Both the position numbers and the translations under genes were made by a program. From Mariprofundaceae bacterium (GTDB lineage: Bacteria > Pseudomonadota > Zetaproteobacteria > Mariprofundales > Mariprofundaceae), in contig WFOJ01000096.1 in assembly GCA_015488125.1 (NCBI GenBank), positions 1 to 51,471 of the forward strand: a DNA stretch of 51,471 nucleotides, read 5' to 3'. The number at the start of each line of letters is the position of its first letter. Position 1 is the first letter of the stretch. Shown here piece by piece: positions 19,598-28,034 of the stretch. The notes under the pieces were generated by a model. It saw nothing but the letters and a program-made list of their open reading frames with translations, did not search any database and had not been told where the DNA came from.

Positions 19598-20609
19598 CCG
19601 CAAGTCCGACGGCTGCCCGGCGAGCGGCCACCTCAGCCTTATGTGCCTTGCGCCAATCAACAAGCTTTCGCAGGCCTTCCATCAAATCATACTTCGCTTC
19701 AAAGCCGATTTCTTCCCTGGCTTTCCTGGGGCAGCCGATCCGGTTGCGTACCAGCGTTGCCTGACTGCGTGGCGCATACTGAATTTCTTTATCACAGCCC
19801 GTGATTTCCAGCAGCATTTCTGCTAACTCCTTTAAGGATGTTCGCTTGCCTGTCCCTACATTGTAAAAGCTATCGGTTGCATCCGACTTCATAGCACACA
19901 CATTGGCACGACCACAATCCTCGACAGCGACAAAGTCGAAGGCCTCAGAACCATCACCGAGGATCGTCGGCGCTTCTCCGCGATCAATAGCATCAAGCAT
20001 TTTCATGATCACAGCAATATAGGCACCGTTATAATCCTGACGCGGGCCATACACATTCATATAGCGCAGGCCAACAAAATCAAAATGCTTATCCGTTCCC
20101 TTATAGCGATGATGCAACGAGCGGCACATGTGTTCGCCGGCGATCTTGGTGGCACCATAGAAATTCAGATTATTGTACGGGTGATCCTCCGTCATCGGCT
20201 CTTCGACAGCATCGCCGTAAACAGATGCCGAGGATGAGTAAACCAGGCGTTTAACACCGTTATTCAGCATGGCTTCCAATACATTAAACGTTCCACCGAT
20301 ATTGACCTCGAAGGCAGACCGTGGAAAATCATGACAGTGCAACAGCCATAATGCGGCAAAATGGAACACGCCATCGATACCCTTCATCGCTTCATTGAGT
20401 AAGTCCCGATGCAGTAATTCTCCGCCAAGTGGAAAAATATTTACACGCGGATCCTTAAGCGCTTCAGCCAGGTTTTCCCGACTGCCGCGGGAAAAATTAT
20501 CGTAGATGCGAATCTCTTCGACATCCTCCTTGACCAACTCATCCACACAGTGCGAACCGATCAGCCCACCGCCGCCAATTACCAACAGACGTTTACCTTT
20601 TAAATCCAT
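19590..20609 (-). CDS. NAD-dependent nucleotide-sugar epimerase/dehydratase (extended SDR)
   Basis: Start at ATG 20609 (SD GGAG). LVIGGGGLIG, YSSSASVYG, YGATK and LRYMNVYGPRQ. Confidence 0.92.
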   Translation of the reverse strand: MDLKGKRLLVIGGGGLIGSHCVDELVKEDVEEIRIYDNFSRGSRENLAEALKDPRVNIFPLGGELLHRDLLNEAMKGIDGVFHFAALWLLHCHDFPRSAFEVNIGGTFNVLEAMLNNGVKRLVYSSSASVYGDAVEEPMTEDHPYNNLNFYGATKIAGEHMCRSLHHRYKGTDKHFDFVGLRYMNVYGPRQDYNGAYIAVIMKMLDAIDRGEAPTILGDGSEAFDFVAVEDCGRANVCAMKSDATDSFYNVGTGKRTSLKELAEMLLEITGCDKEIQYAPRSQATLVRNRIGCPRKAREEIGFEAKYDLMEGLRKLVDWRKAHKAEVAARRAAVGLADA

Positions 20610-20610
20610 T

Positions 20611-21813
20611 CTAAACTCCTTTTTGATCCACAATATATTTTGCAAAACTCATCGAACTGGTAAACGCCGGTGAGATCGCATTCAGCACATGCGTGCTGTT
20701 AACGCCATTTTCTACAACAAAATCCATCACCAATTCATGTTTTTTTATGTCCAGCAGTTGTGCCCGAATACCCACCTTGTCACTGGCAAGCAGGTCTTCA
20801 TCCCTTAACTCCGGAGTTAGATGGCGCGCCGCTTCGGCAAATTTTGAGCGAAAAAAGCGCAATGCTTCCGCATGTGAAAAGTCTCTAAAGCCCTGTTTAT
20901 TCAAGATGTACTGCTGCCCAAGTCGAAACAGTATCGAAACACTTTCTGCCAGGTTTATACCTTCCAGCCCTTTATAGTGCTCGCGGCCCAGTGCCGGAAC
21001 AGCAGTCGGCCCCAAGTACACATGACCATCAATTTTTTTCGTATAGTGAACACCCAGAAATGGTACATTCAAATCAGGTACAGGATATATCATACGGTTG
21101 CAGATAACTTTCGATGTTGGCGATAGCCGGTAATAAATCCCCTTGAAAGGCAACAATGTGTAGCGCTCACCTACACCGAGCTGCTTACCCACCTGATCTG
21201 CATACTGACCGGAAGAATTAAACAACCATCCATAGCCATATGTGCCGGTTCGTGTTCTCAGCCATGCGTTGCTGGCATCCACCTCCATGATTTCAGCATT
21301 AAACTGAAACGTCACCCCATTGGCTTGCAGGATCCGCGCCATATGGCAAACGATGGATTTTGGTTCGACCACTGCGGTATCTGGCGCATATAGTGCCTGA
21401 CCCGTAGCAGTTCTGGCAGACGGCTCCAGTTCATGAAGCTGCGCCGCATTGAGCAACTCCACTCGCGCCCCGTTGGCCTGGGCACGCCTAAATAACAAAT
21501 CCAGTTGCTGATCATCATCTGAGCGAACAGGCACAATTACCTTGCCCAGTCGCGCAATAGGAAGACGGTTGCGATCACAATACTCAGCCATCAACCTGGC
21601 GCCATCGGCGCACATTCTGGCCTTTAACGATTCTTCGGGATAGTAGATGCCAGAGTGTAGCACACCACTATTGCGACCACTGCCATGCCGACCCACTTCC
21701 GACTCTTTTTCAAGTATAAGAACAGAGCAATCAGGCTCTCTAGATAACAATTCGCGAGCTACTGTCAAGCCGACAATGCCAGCGCCGATGATGATATAAT
21801 CGTACGGTTTCAC
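20611..21813 (-). CDS. lhgO: L-2-hydroxyglutarate oxidase-like FAD-dependent oxidoreductase (LhgO family)
   Basis: 400 aa. IIIGAGIVG, HGSGRNSGVLHSGIYY, PFKGIYY, IYPVPD..PFLGVH, GIRAQL and HVLNAISPAFTSS. Confidence 0.85.
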   Translation of the reverse strand: MKPYDYIIIGAGIVGLTVARELLSREPDCSVLILEKESEVGRHGSGRNSGVLHSGIYYPEESLKARMCADGARLMAEYCDRNRLPIARLGKVIVPVRSDDDQQLDLLFRRAQANGARVELLNAAQLHELEPSARTATGQALYAPDTAVVEPKSIVCHMARILQANGVTFQFNAEIMEVDASNAWLRTRTGTYGYGWLFNSSGQYADQVGKQLGVGERYTLLPFKGIYYRLSPTSKVICNRMIYPVPDLNVPFLGVHYTKKIDGHVYLGPTAVPALGREHYKGLEGINLAESVSILFRLGQQYILNKQGFRDFSHAEALRFFRSKFAEAARHLTPELRDEDLLASDKVGIRAQLLDIKKHELVMDFVVENGVNSTHVLNAISPAFTSSMSFAKYIVDQKGV

Positions 21814-21814
21814 T

Positions 21815-23350
21815 TCAGGAAGCCACCGCCTCTTTCAGCATGCAGACGGTGATTTCCTGATTCTCATGAGTCAAATACGGATGCATCGGCAAGCTCATCA
21901 CGCGTTCAGCGGCATATTCGCTGCGTTCAAAATGCTCTGGATGTGCCAGAGCTGGTTGGTGATTCAGTGGAATCGGATAATGCACAGCGGTGGGAACCCC
22001 GGCTTCTTTCAAGTGTGCCTGCACGGCATCGCGGTTTTCCACCTGCACCGTATATTGCGCATAAACCGACGTATTGTATGGCTCGATGTACGGCGTTGTT
22101 ACGATATCGCCCAGCAATTCCGTATAGCGTGCGCCGATTCGCGCTCGCGCTTGCACTTCTTCATCAAACACATCCAGCTTGGCCAGCAGAATCGCTGCCT
22201 GCAAGGTGTCCAGCCGACCATTCACGCCAATGCGTGGATGGTGATAACGCCGATCCTGACCATGCACGCGAATCTCGCGCATGGCTTTGGCCAGGTCATC
22301 ATCATTGGTAAAGCAGGCCCCGCCATCGCCATAACAGCCCAGCGGCTTGGAGGGAAAAAAGCTGGTGCAGCCGATCGTGGTCAAACCGCACGATTTTCTA
22401 CCCTTGTAGGTAGCGCCGAAGCTCTGGCAGCCATCTTCAATCACCGGCAGGCCATGTTTTTCCGCAATCGCGTTAATCGCGTCATAGTCTGCGCATTGGC
22501 CATAGAGCGATACCGGCATGATCGCCTTGGTTTTTTCTGTAACCGCCGCTTCCAACAGCGAAGGATCCAGGTTGTAGGTTTTGGGATCAATATCGACAAA
22601 CACCGGCCTGGCACCAAGCAGGGCGATCGTTTCCGCTGTGGCAATAAAGCTAAATGGCGTGGTAATCACCTCATCACCTGACCCAACACCCAGCGCCATC
22701 AGGGCAATCAGCAGCGCATCGGTGCCGCTGGCTACGCCAATGGCATGTTGTACGTTCACATACTCTGCCAGCCGTTCTTCCAGTGCTTCGACCTCCCGGC
22801 CCATGATATAACGTCCATGATGCAGCACTGCATGCATGTTTTTTTCCAGTTGCGGACGAAGCAGATCCTGTTGTGTTTTCAGGTCGATGAAATCAGTGCC
22901 GCTTTCAGATGATGGTTGATCCAGCCAGTCTAATGCCTCTGAGGGGGTCACTGCATCCACATCACCCAATGTATCAAAGGTTCGGTTGCTTGTAACAATC
23001 ACCGCTTCCCCATGCAGGGCACAGGCAGCCAGTGCAATCTGGGCATCTTCATAATCACGCGCTTTTGCATATGCGTTGCGTTGTTCATAACCAAAATTAC
23101 TCAATACATTGACCCGGGATAACAGATGATCCATCAACTGCTGCACCATGGCACGCGCTTCCGAACCACTAGCTCCGGCATGTATCAGTTGGCGGGTAGC
23201 GAGATAGTCCAGGATAGGCAAAGAAGATGCCGACACCCAGCCGGAAGCCCGCCTGCCAACCGCATCAAACAGGAGTTGGAGCGCTTCAACATTCGCTCTG
23301 GCAAACCACAAATCGAGAACCGCACTCACATCGAAAACAAGGTGTTTCAT
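21815..23350 (-). CDS. wbpE: Fusion protein: N-terminal PIN (VapC-like) domain plus WbpE-like UDP-3-keto-GlcNAcA aminotransferase
   Basis: 511 aa from ATG 23350. Residues ~1-143 are PIN-like (LVFDVSAVLD, WVSASSL, DYEDAQIA, IVTSN, VTPSEAL). From residue 153, DFIDLKTQQ...SGTDAL...MPVSLYGQ...IEDGCQSFGA...SFFPSKPLGCYGDGG...NGRLDTLQAA matches the WbpE/WlbC type. There is no stop or Met between the domains. Confidence 0.88.
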   Translation of the reverse strand: MKHLVFDVSAVLDLWFARANVEALQLLFDAVGRRASGWVSASSLPILDYLATRQLIHAGASGSEARAMVQQLMDHLLSRVNVLSNFGYEQRNAYAKARDYEDAQIALAACALHGEAVIVTSNRTFDTLGDVDAVTPSEALDWLDQPSSESGTDFIDLKTQQDLLRPQLEKNMHAVLHHGRYIMGREVEALEERLAEYVNVQHAIGVASGTDALLIALMALGVGSGDEVITTPFSFIATAETIALLGARPVFVDIDPKTYNLDPSLLEAAVTEKTKAIMPVSLYGQCADYDAINAIAEKHGLPVIEDGCQSFGATYKGRKSCGLTTIGCTSFFPSKPLGCYGDGGACFTNDDDLAKAMREIRVHGQDRRYHHPRIGVNGRLDTLQAAILLAKLDVFDEEVQARARIGARYTELLGDIVTTPYIEPYNTSVYAQYTVQVENRDAVQAHLKEAGVPTAVHYPIPLNHQPALAHPEHFERSEYAAERVMSLPMHPYLTHENQEITVCMLKEAVAS

Positions 23351-23601
23351 GAATGTTTTTCCGCCAGATGCTGATGCCATGCCGCCTTATCATCGGCCAC
23401 CGTTTGCGGCGTATGGCCCTGACGGTATTTTCCAAGAATTGCATTCAGCTCGTCAGCAATCGTGTTATCCACCGCTTCAGTTGACGAAATTTCAAGCGCC
23501 TCATCCGGAAGCTCAATGACGACCTGAAACGACTCGCGCCGAAGCTTTAGCTGCCTCGGCAACCGCAGTGTGCCATGATCATAAAAAGCTGTTACCCGCA
23601 T
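23347..23601 (-). CDS. Small putative antitoxin (AF2212/DUF104-like N-terminus)
   Basis: 84 aa. The N-terminus [11 protein letters not shown] resembles the AxY(E/D)xGVL motif, and the protein ends [10 protein letters not shown]. Its start overlaps the end of wbpD and its stop overlaps the PIN start (ATGA 23347-23350). Confidence 0.65.
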   Translation of the reverse strand: MRVTAFYDHGTLRLPRQLKLRRESFQVVIELPDEALEISSTEAVDNTIADELNAILGKYRQGHTPQTVADDKAAWHQHLAEKHS

Positions 23602-24167
23602 ATCCGCTGCACCTCACCACCCTTCAATCGATACCGCTCTCCGGTATGTACACACGTCGTATCAGCCTCGCCATGCAAAGGCAAGTCAAGCCGTTCACCA
23701 TAAGCGCTCATCCAGCCGATTTGTTTGGCTGGCACACCCACCATCAACGCGTAATCAGGCACATCCCGATTCACTACAGCGCCTGCGCCGATGAATGCGT
23801 AACAACCAATCGTCGTACCACACACGATTGTGCAGTTCGCGCCGAGCGTCGCACCTTGCTTCACCAGCGTATCGCGATATTCATGCTTGCGGGAAACCGC
23901 AGAACGCGGGTTATAGACATTGGTAAACACCATGCTCGGGCCACAAAATACATCATCCTCAAGTATCACATTGTCATAAACAGAGACATTGTTTTGAATT
24001 TTCACGTTATTGCCGATGACCACCCGGTTGCCGACAAAAACATTCTGCCCCAACGAACAGCCCTGACCGATACGTGCGCCACCGCATACATGCACCCAAT
24101 GCCAGATCCGCGTTCCCTCACCGACCAAAGCGCCATCATCAACAACCGCTGTTTCATGCACCTGCAT
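23592..24167 (-). CDS. wbpD: UDP-2-acetamido-3-amino-2,3-dideoxy-glucuronate N-acetyltransferase (WbpD/WlbB)
   Basis: 191 aa hexapeptide-repeat protein. [41 protein letters not shown] and [12 protein letters not shown]. Confidence 0.93.
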   Translation of the reverse strand: MQVHETAVVDDGALVGEGTRIWHWVHVCGGARIGQGCSLGQNVFVGNRVVIGNNVKIQNNVSVYDNVILEDDVFCGPSMVFTNVYNPRSAVSRKHEYRDTLVKQGATLGANCTIVCGTTIGCYAFIGAGAVVNRDVPDYALMVGVPAKQIGWMSAYGERLDLPLHGEADTTCVHTGERYRLKGGEVQRICG

Positions 24168-24170
24168 GAC

Positions 24171-25223
24171 TCAATACTCCAGCGGCAGGGCAACAGTTCG
24201 GCCATCACGGGCAGAGAGGTAAGCAGCAATCAGTACTTCAAGCGACTTCAGGCCCTCGCGCCCATCGGTTTCCGGTTCACATATGCCACGCAGTGTATCC
24301 ACAACGTTCTTGTAATACAGCGGATGACCAAAGCCATATACAGAGGTGGTTTCATAACTGGCTTCCCGTACCTGTTCATCATAGTCCCGGCTGTCAGCAA
24401 ACTCCCAGTGCTGAATTTCATTAACAGCCACCCCTCCGACGCGCACCGTGCCTTTCTCGCCAAGGATCGTCATCGAACCTTCCAGGTTTTTCGGCCACGT
24501 CAGCATGCTGACGGCCATGGAACCCAAGGTGCCAGAGCGCCAGCGAATATTTAACACGCCCGTATCTTCCACCTCAATATTTCTGCCCAGCGTAGCGGTC
24601 ATGGCCTGCACGCGATCAACCGGACCGATCAGCCAATCGAGCAGATCAACATAATGACTGGCCTGGTTCATAAAGGCACCGCCATCCAGTTCCCACGTTC
24701 CCCGCCATTTGGCAGAGTCATAGTAAGCCTGTGGACGCGTCCAGAAGACGTTCAAATGCACCATGTAAATACGTCCAAAACGTTGTTCGCAAACAGCGCG
24801 CTTAAGCAATTGCAGGGTCGAATTGCGCCGATTTTGCTTGACGACAAACAATCGAACATTGGCCTGGTCACAGGCGCGCACCATGCGCAGGCCATCCGTC
24901 CAGCGGGTAGCCATGGGCTTTTCCGTCATCACATGCACACCAAAACGGGCTGCCATGACAGCTTGTTCCGGGTGCATACCGCTGGGTGTACACAACGCCA
25001 CAAGATCGGGATGTTCCCGATCAAGCATGGTTTCAAGATGCTGATAGCTGGGCACGCCATAACGTTCGCCATGTGTACGGGCAACATCCGGGTTCGCATC
25101 GCATACTGCGATAAGTTGCAAATCCTCGCCATGGCAGGCAATCGCCTTAAAATGATTTTGCGCAATACGACCGCAGCCGACAACGGCAATGCGAATGGGA
25201 CGATCATTGATCACAGGAAACAT
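24171..25223 (-). CDS. wbpB: Gfo/Idh/MocA oxidoreductase, UDP-GlcNAcA 3-dehydrogenase (WbpB/WlbA)
   Basis: 350 aa. VVGCGRIA, CTPSGMH, TEKPMA, VVKQNRRN, WRGTWELDGGAFMNQASHYVD and SVYGFGH. Confidence 0.92.
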   Translation of the reverse strand: MFPVINDRPIRIAVVGCGRIAQNHFKAIACHGEDLQLIAVCDANPDVARTHGERYGVPSYQHLETMLDREHPDLVALCTPSGMHPEQAVMAARFGVHVMTEKPMATRWTDGLRMVRACDQANVRLFVVKQNRRNSTLQLLKRAVCEQRFGRIYMVHLNVFWTRPQAYYDSAKWRGTWELDGGAFMNQASHYVDLLDWLIGPVDRVQAMTATLGRNIEVEDTGVLNIRWRSGTLGSMAVSMLTWPKNLEGSMTILGEKGTVRVGGVAVNEIQHWEFADSRDYDEQVREASYETTSVYGFGHPLYYKNVVDTLRGICEPETDGREGLKSLEVLIAAYLSARDGRTVALPLEY

Positions 25224-25226
25224 GGG

Positions 25227-26537
25227 CTACGCCTTAACAAGATTGGGCGCATCTTGACGATACACACCTCTGGAATCAACCACCAGCGATGCATGCTGAA
25301 GAATCATTGCATAATCAAAATCCTGATGGTTGGTGGCAATCACCACGGCATCATAGCTACGGATCACTTCATCACTCAGTGCCGTGCTGGCAAGATCAAA
25401 ATGATGCTCGCGCATTTTGGGAAAAACCGGCACATAAGGATCGCTGTAGGCAACCACAGCGCCTTTGGCACGAAGCAACTCCATAATTTCAACCGATGGC
25501 GATTCACGCATATCATCCACATTGGGCTTGTAAGCAATACCCAATACCAGAATATGGCTGCCATTGAGTGCTTTTTGTTGCCTGTTCAGACCATCCACCA
25601 ACTTGCCGACCACCCACTGGGGCATGGCCGTGTTGACTTCCCCGGCAAGCTCGATAAAGCGCGTGTTAAGGCCGTATTCCCGCGCTTTCCAGGTCAGATA
25701 AAACGGGTCAATCGGGATGCAATGCCCGCCAAGTCCGGGGCCGGGATAATAGGGCGTAAAGCCAAAAGGCTTGGTGGCAGCAGCCTGAATCACTTCGTGA
25801 ATATCCACGCCCATGCTGTCGGCGACGATTTTCATTTCGTTAACCAGGCCGATGTTGACAGCGCGGTGGATGTTTTCCAGCAGCTTGGTCATCTCCGCTG
25901 CACGTGTTGAACTTACAGGCACAACCTGATCAATCGCAGGACTGTAAAGCGCAATACCCACTTCAAGACAATCCGGCGTGTGACCCCCGCATACCTTGGG
26001 AATGGTGCGAGTGACAAAATCGGGATTACCCGGATCTTCCCGTTCAGGAGAATAGACAAGAAAAACATCCTTGCCAACTTTCAAGCCGGAAGATTCGATA
26101 CGCGGCAACAATTCTTCTTCAGTGGTGCCAGGATAAGTAGTGCTTTCCAGCGATAGTACCTGGCCGCTCCGCAAATAGGGCACCAGCGCATCGGTGGTAT
26201 TCGTGACGAATGCAAGATCAGGTTCCCGATATTTATTCAGCGGTGTGGGTACGCAAATAATCAATGCATCTGCTTTTGTTGCCTGCGAAAAATCCGTGGT
26301 CGCCTCAAAGCCACATTGCGTTACCGCATGTGTTATTGCCGACGATGAGATGTGCCGGATATAGCTTTTTCCCGCATTGAGCGCATGTACCTTGGACGGG
26401 TCGATATCAATCCCCAGCACCTTAAAGCCGACCTCGGCATAGCGCAACACCAGCGGCAGGCCCACATAACCCAAGCCAATAATGCCGATCACGGCTGTTT
26501 TTGTTTGAAATTTGTCCATTAACTGATCTTTGATCAC
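25227..26537 (-). CDS. wbpA: UDP-N-acetylglucosamine 6-dehydrogenase (WbpA)
   Basis: Start placed at GTG 26537 after [68 protein letters not shown] and [15 protein letters not shown]. Confidence 0.93.
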   Translation of the reverse strand: MIKDQLMDKFQTKTAVIGIIGLGYVGLPLVLRYAEVGFKVLGIDIDPSKVHALNAGKSYIRHISSSAITHAVTQCGFEATTDFSQATKADALIICVPTPLNKYREPDLAFVTNTTDALVPYLRSGQVLSLESTTYPGTTEEELLPRIESSGLKVGKDVFLVYSPEREDPGNPDFVTRTIPKVCGGHTPDCLEVGIALYSPAIDQVVPVSSTRAAEMTKLLENIHRAVNIGLVNEMKIVADSMGVDIHEVIQAAATKPFGFTPYYPGPGLGGHCIPIDPFYLTWKAREYGLNTRFIELAGEVNTAMPQWVVGKLVDGLNRQQKALNGSHILVLGIAYKPNVDDMRESPSVEIMELLRAKGAVVAYSDPYVPVFPKMREHHFDLASTALSDEVIRSYDAVVIATNHQDFDYAMILQHASLVVDSRGVYRQDAPNLVKA

Positions 26538-27154
26538 ACTTATATTCCTTGTAGTGATTCGATGTGTTGTTGTAATAACATCAGTTTCTCTCCTACCGTT
26601 AAACAAAGCAACGGTCGTCACGAAACAACCCAGCGACAACCATACGTAGCTTGCATACTGGCAGAGTCAATTCAAAAAGACAAAACGCCATCGTCACGCA
26701 CTTGTTGGTAACGAAAAAAATTGACCTCTATCTGTGCTTGGGTATTTTTCTGTGCGGACTCGTCAACCAATTGCCGCCTCATGCATTGAAAGGAACGCAT
26801 CCACCACACACCTTGTTTACAGCAAGGAAGAAAAAGCATTTTTTATGCTTACTGCGAAAATCCCACGTTTAAAACTATGTCATCCGTACTCACTGATGGC
26901 TATTGTTGTGCCATGCGCTGATCATCTCCGCACGGATGGCCGAATACTGCCGCAAATATTTCGCTGCGGCTACAATTGCCTGTTTTGAGTTTATATCAAC
27001 ACGATGCTACCATTTTTTCAGACCAAACGGGGCATACTCCGGTCACGCGACATTCAATCTGCTTGTTACCCAATATCTCCGATCATCAATAACCTGTCTT
27101 TACAGGCGTCAACTGAAACAACGATAGCGTGTATTTTTCACACAGCTTGTGTAA

Positions 27155-27985
27155 TCAGCAATGGCCATGACAAGCTACCGAGGTTAAATGAAACGGTTGC
27201 TGATCAATACGAGCCAGTGTCAGGCGACCACGCCAAACACAACCGGAATCCAATCCTAATACATGCGGATAATGTTGCACCAATCCCATGGCTGCCCAAT
27301 GACCAAAAATCACCCGAGAAACATCATCACGCCAACGAAGCTTAGCATGCAGATACCAGGGTTTATCCCCTGCTCTGTCGGACGTTGTGCGGTTTGCCCG
27401 CCAATTGAACACGCCATTTGCTGAACAAAACCGACTGCAGGTCAAGACGCCGAGTGAATATAATATGCGCTCGTTTTTATTCATTTTTTTCGGTTCAATT
27501 TCGGGAAAGCGACAATTCGCCCAGCGATAGCATGTGCTTTTCCAATCATCACGCTGCAAACATTTTTCAATATTTTTCGCTCGTTTTTTTGCTTTTTTCA
27601 ATGTCCAGTGCGGAGCCAGTCCGGCATGTACCATAGCGATGTTCAAGGTTTTATCGTAGTGAAGCAATGGTTGAAAACGTAACCAGTCAATCAGATATTC
27701 ACTGTCTTTAGCATTGACAACCTGTTCCAGTGTGTCACCCTGAACGTATCGACGAGCGCCGGCCACACGTTCCAACAAATGAATATCATGATTGCCAAGT
27801 ACGCACACGGCAGCATCACCAAGCGATACGAGATAACGCAGCACGGCCAATGAATCAGGGCCGCGATTCACCAGATCTCCGGTACACCACAGGTAATCAT
27901 GCGCAGGGTCAAAACCCACCTTGTCCAGTAACTTCCGCAGGGAGCGATAGCATCCCTGAATATCGCCAACAGCATACACAGCCAT
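27155..27985 (-). CDS. apaH: Symmetrical bis(5'-nucleosyl)-tetraphosphatase
   Basis: Start at MAVYAVGDIQGC. GDLVNRGPDS, VLGNHD, MVHAGL, IFGHWAA and GLDSGCVW. Confidence 0.93.
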   Translation of the reverse strand: MAVYAVGDIQGCYRSLRKLLDKVGFDPAHDYLWCTGDLVNRGPDSLAVLRYLVSLGDAAVCVLGNHDIHLLERVAGARRYVQGDTLEQVVNAKDSEYLIDWLRFQPLLHYDKTLNIAMVHAGLAPHWTLKKAKKRAKNIEKCLQRDDWKSTCYRWANCRFPEIEPKKMNKNERILYSLGVLTCSRFCSANGVFNWRANRTTSDRAGDKPWYLHAKLRWRDDVSRVIFGHWAAMGLVQHYPHVLGLDSGCVWRGRLTLARIDQQPFHLTSVACHGHC

Positions 27986-28034
27986 TATGTTACACTCCAG
28001 ATGTACATCGTACCACACAATTTTGTTTGCGCGA

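Noticed and set aside
23568..25910. Long plus-strand ORFs (328 aa and 418 aa), and similarly 21866-22681, 4578-5318 and 43013-43774
   Set aside because: Antisense to well-supported genes and without recognisable motifs; typical shadow ORFs.
26540..27154. ops/JUMPStart element or small genes upstream of the glycan operon
   Set aside because: Only a partial match (ACGGTAG near 26592-26599 on the minus strand), not GGCGGTAG. The short ORFs have no coding features. A TTGACT at 26665-26670 lacks a convincing -10.
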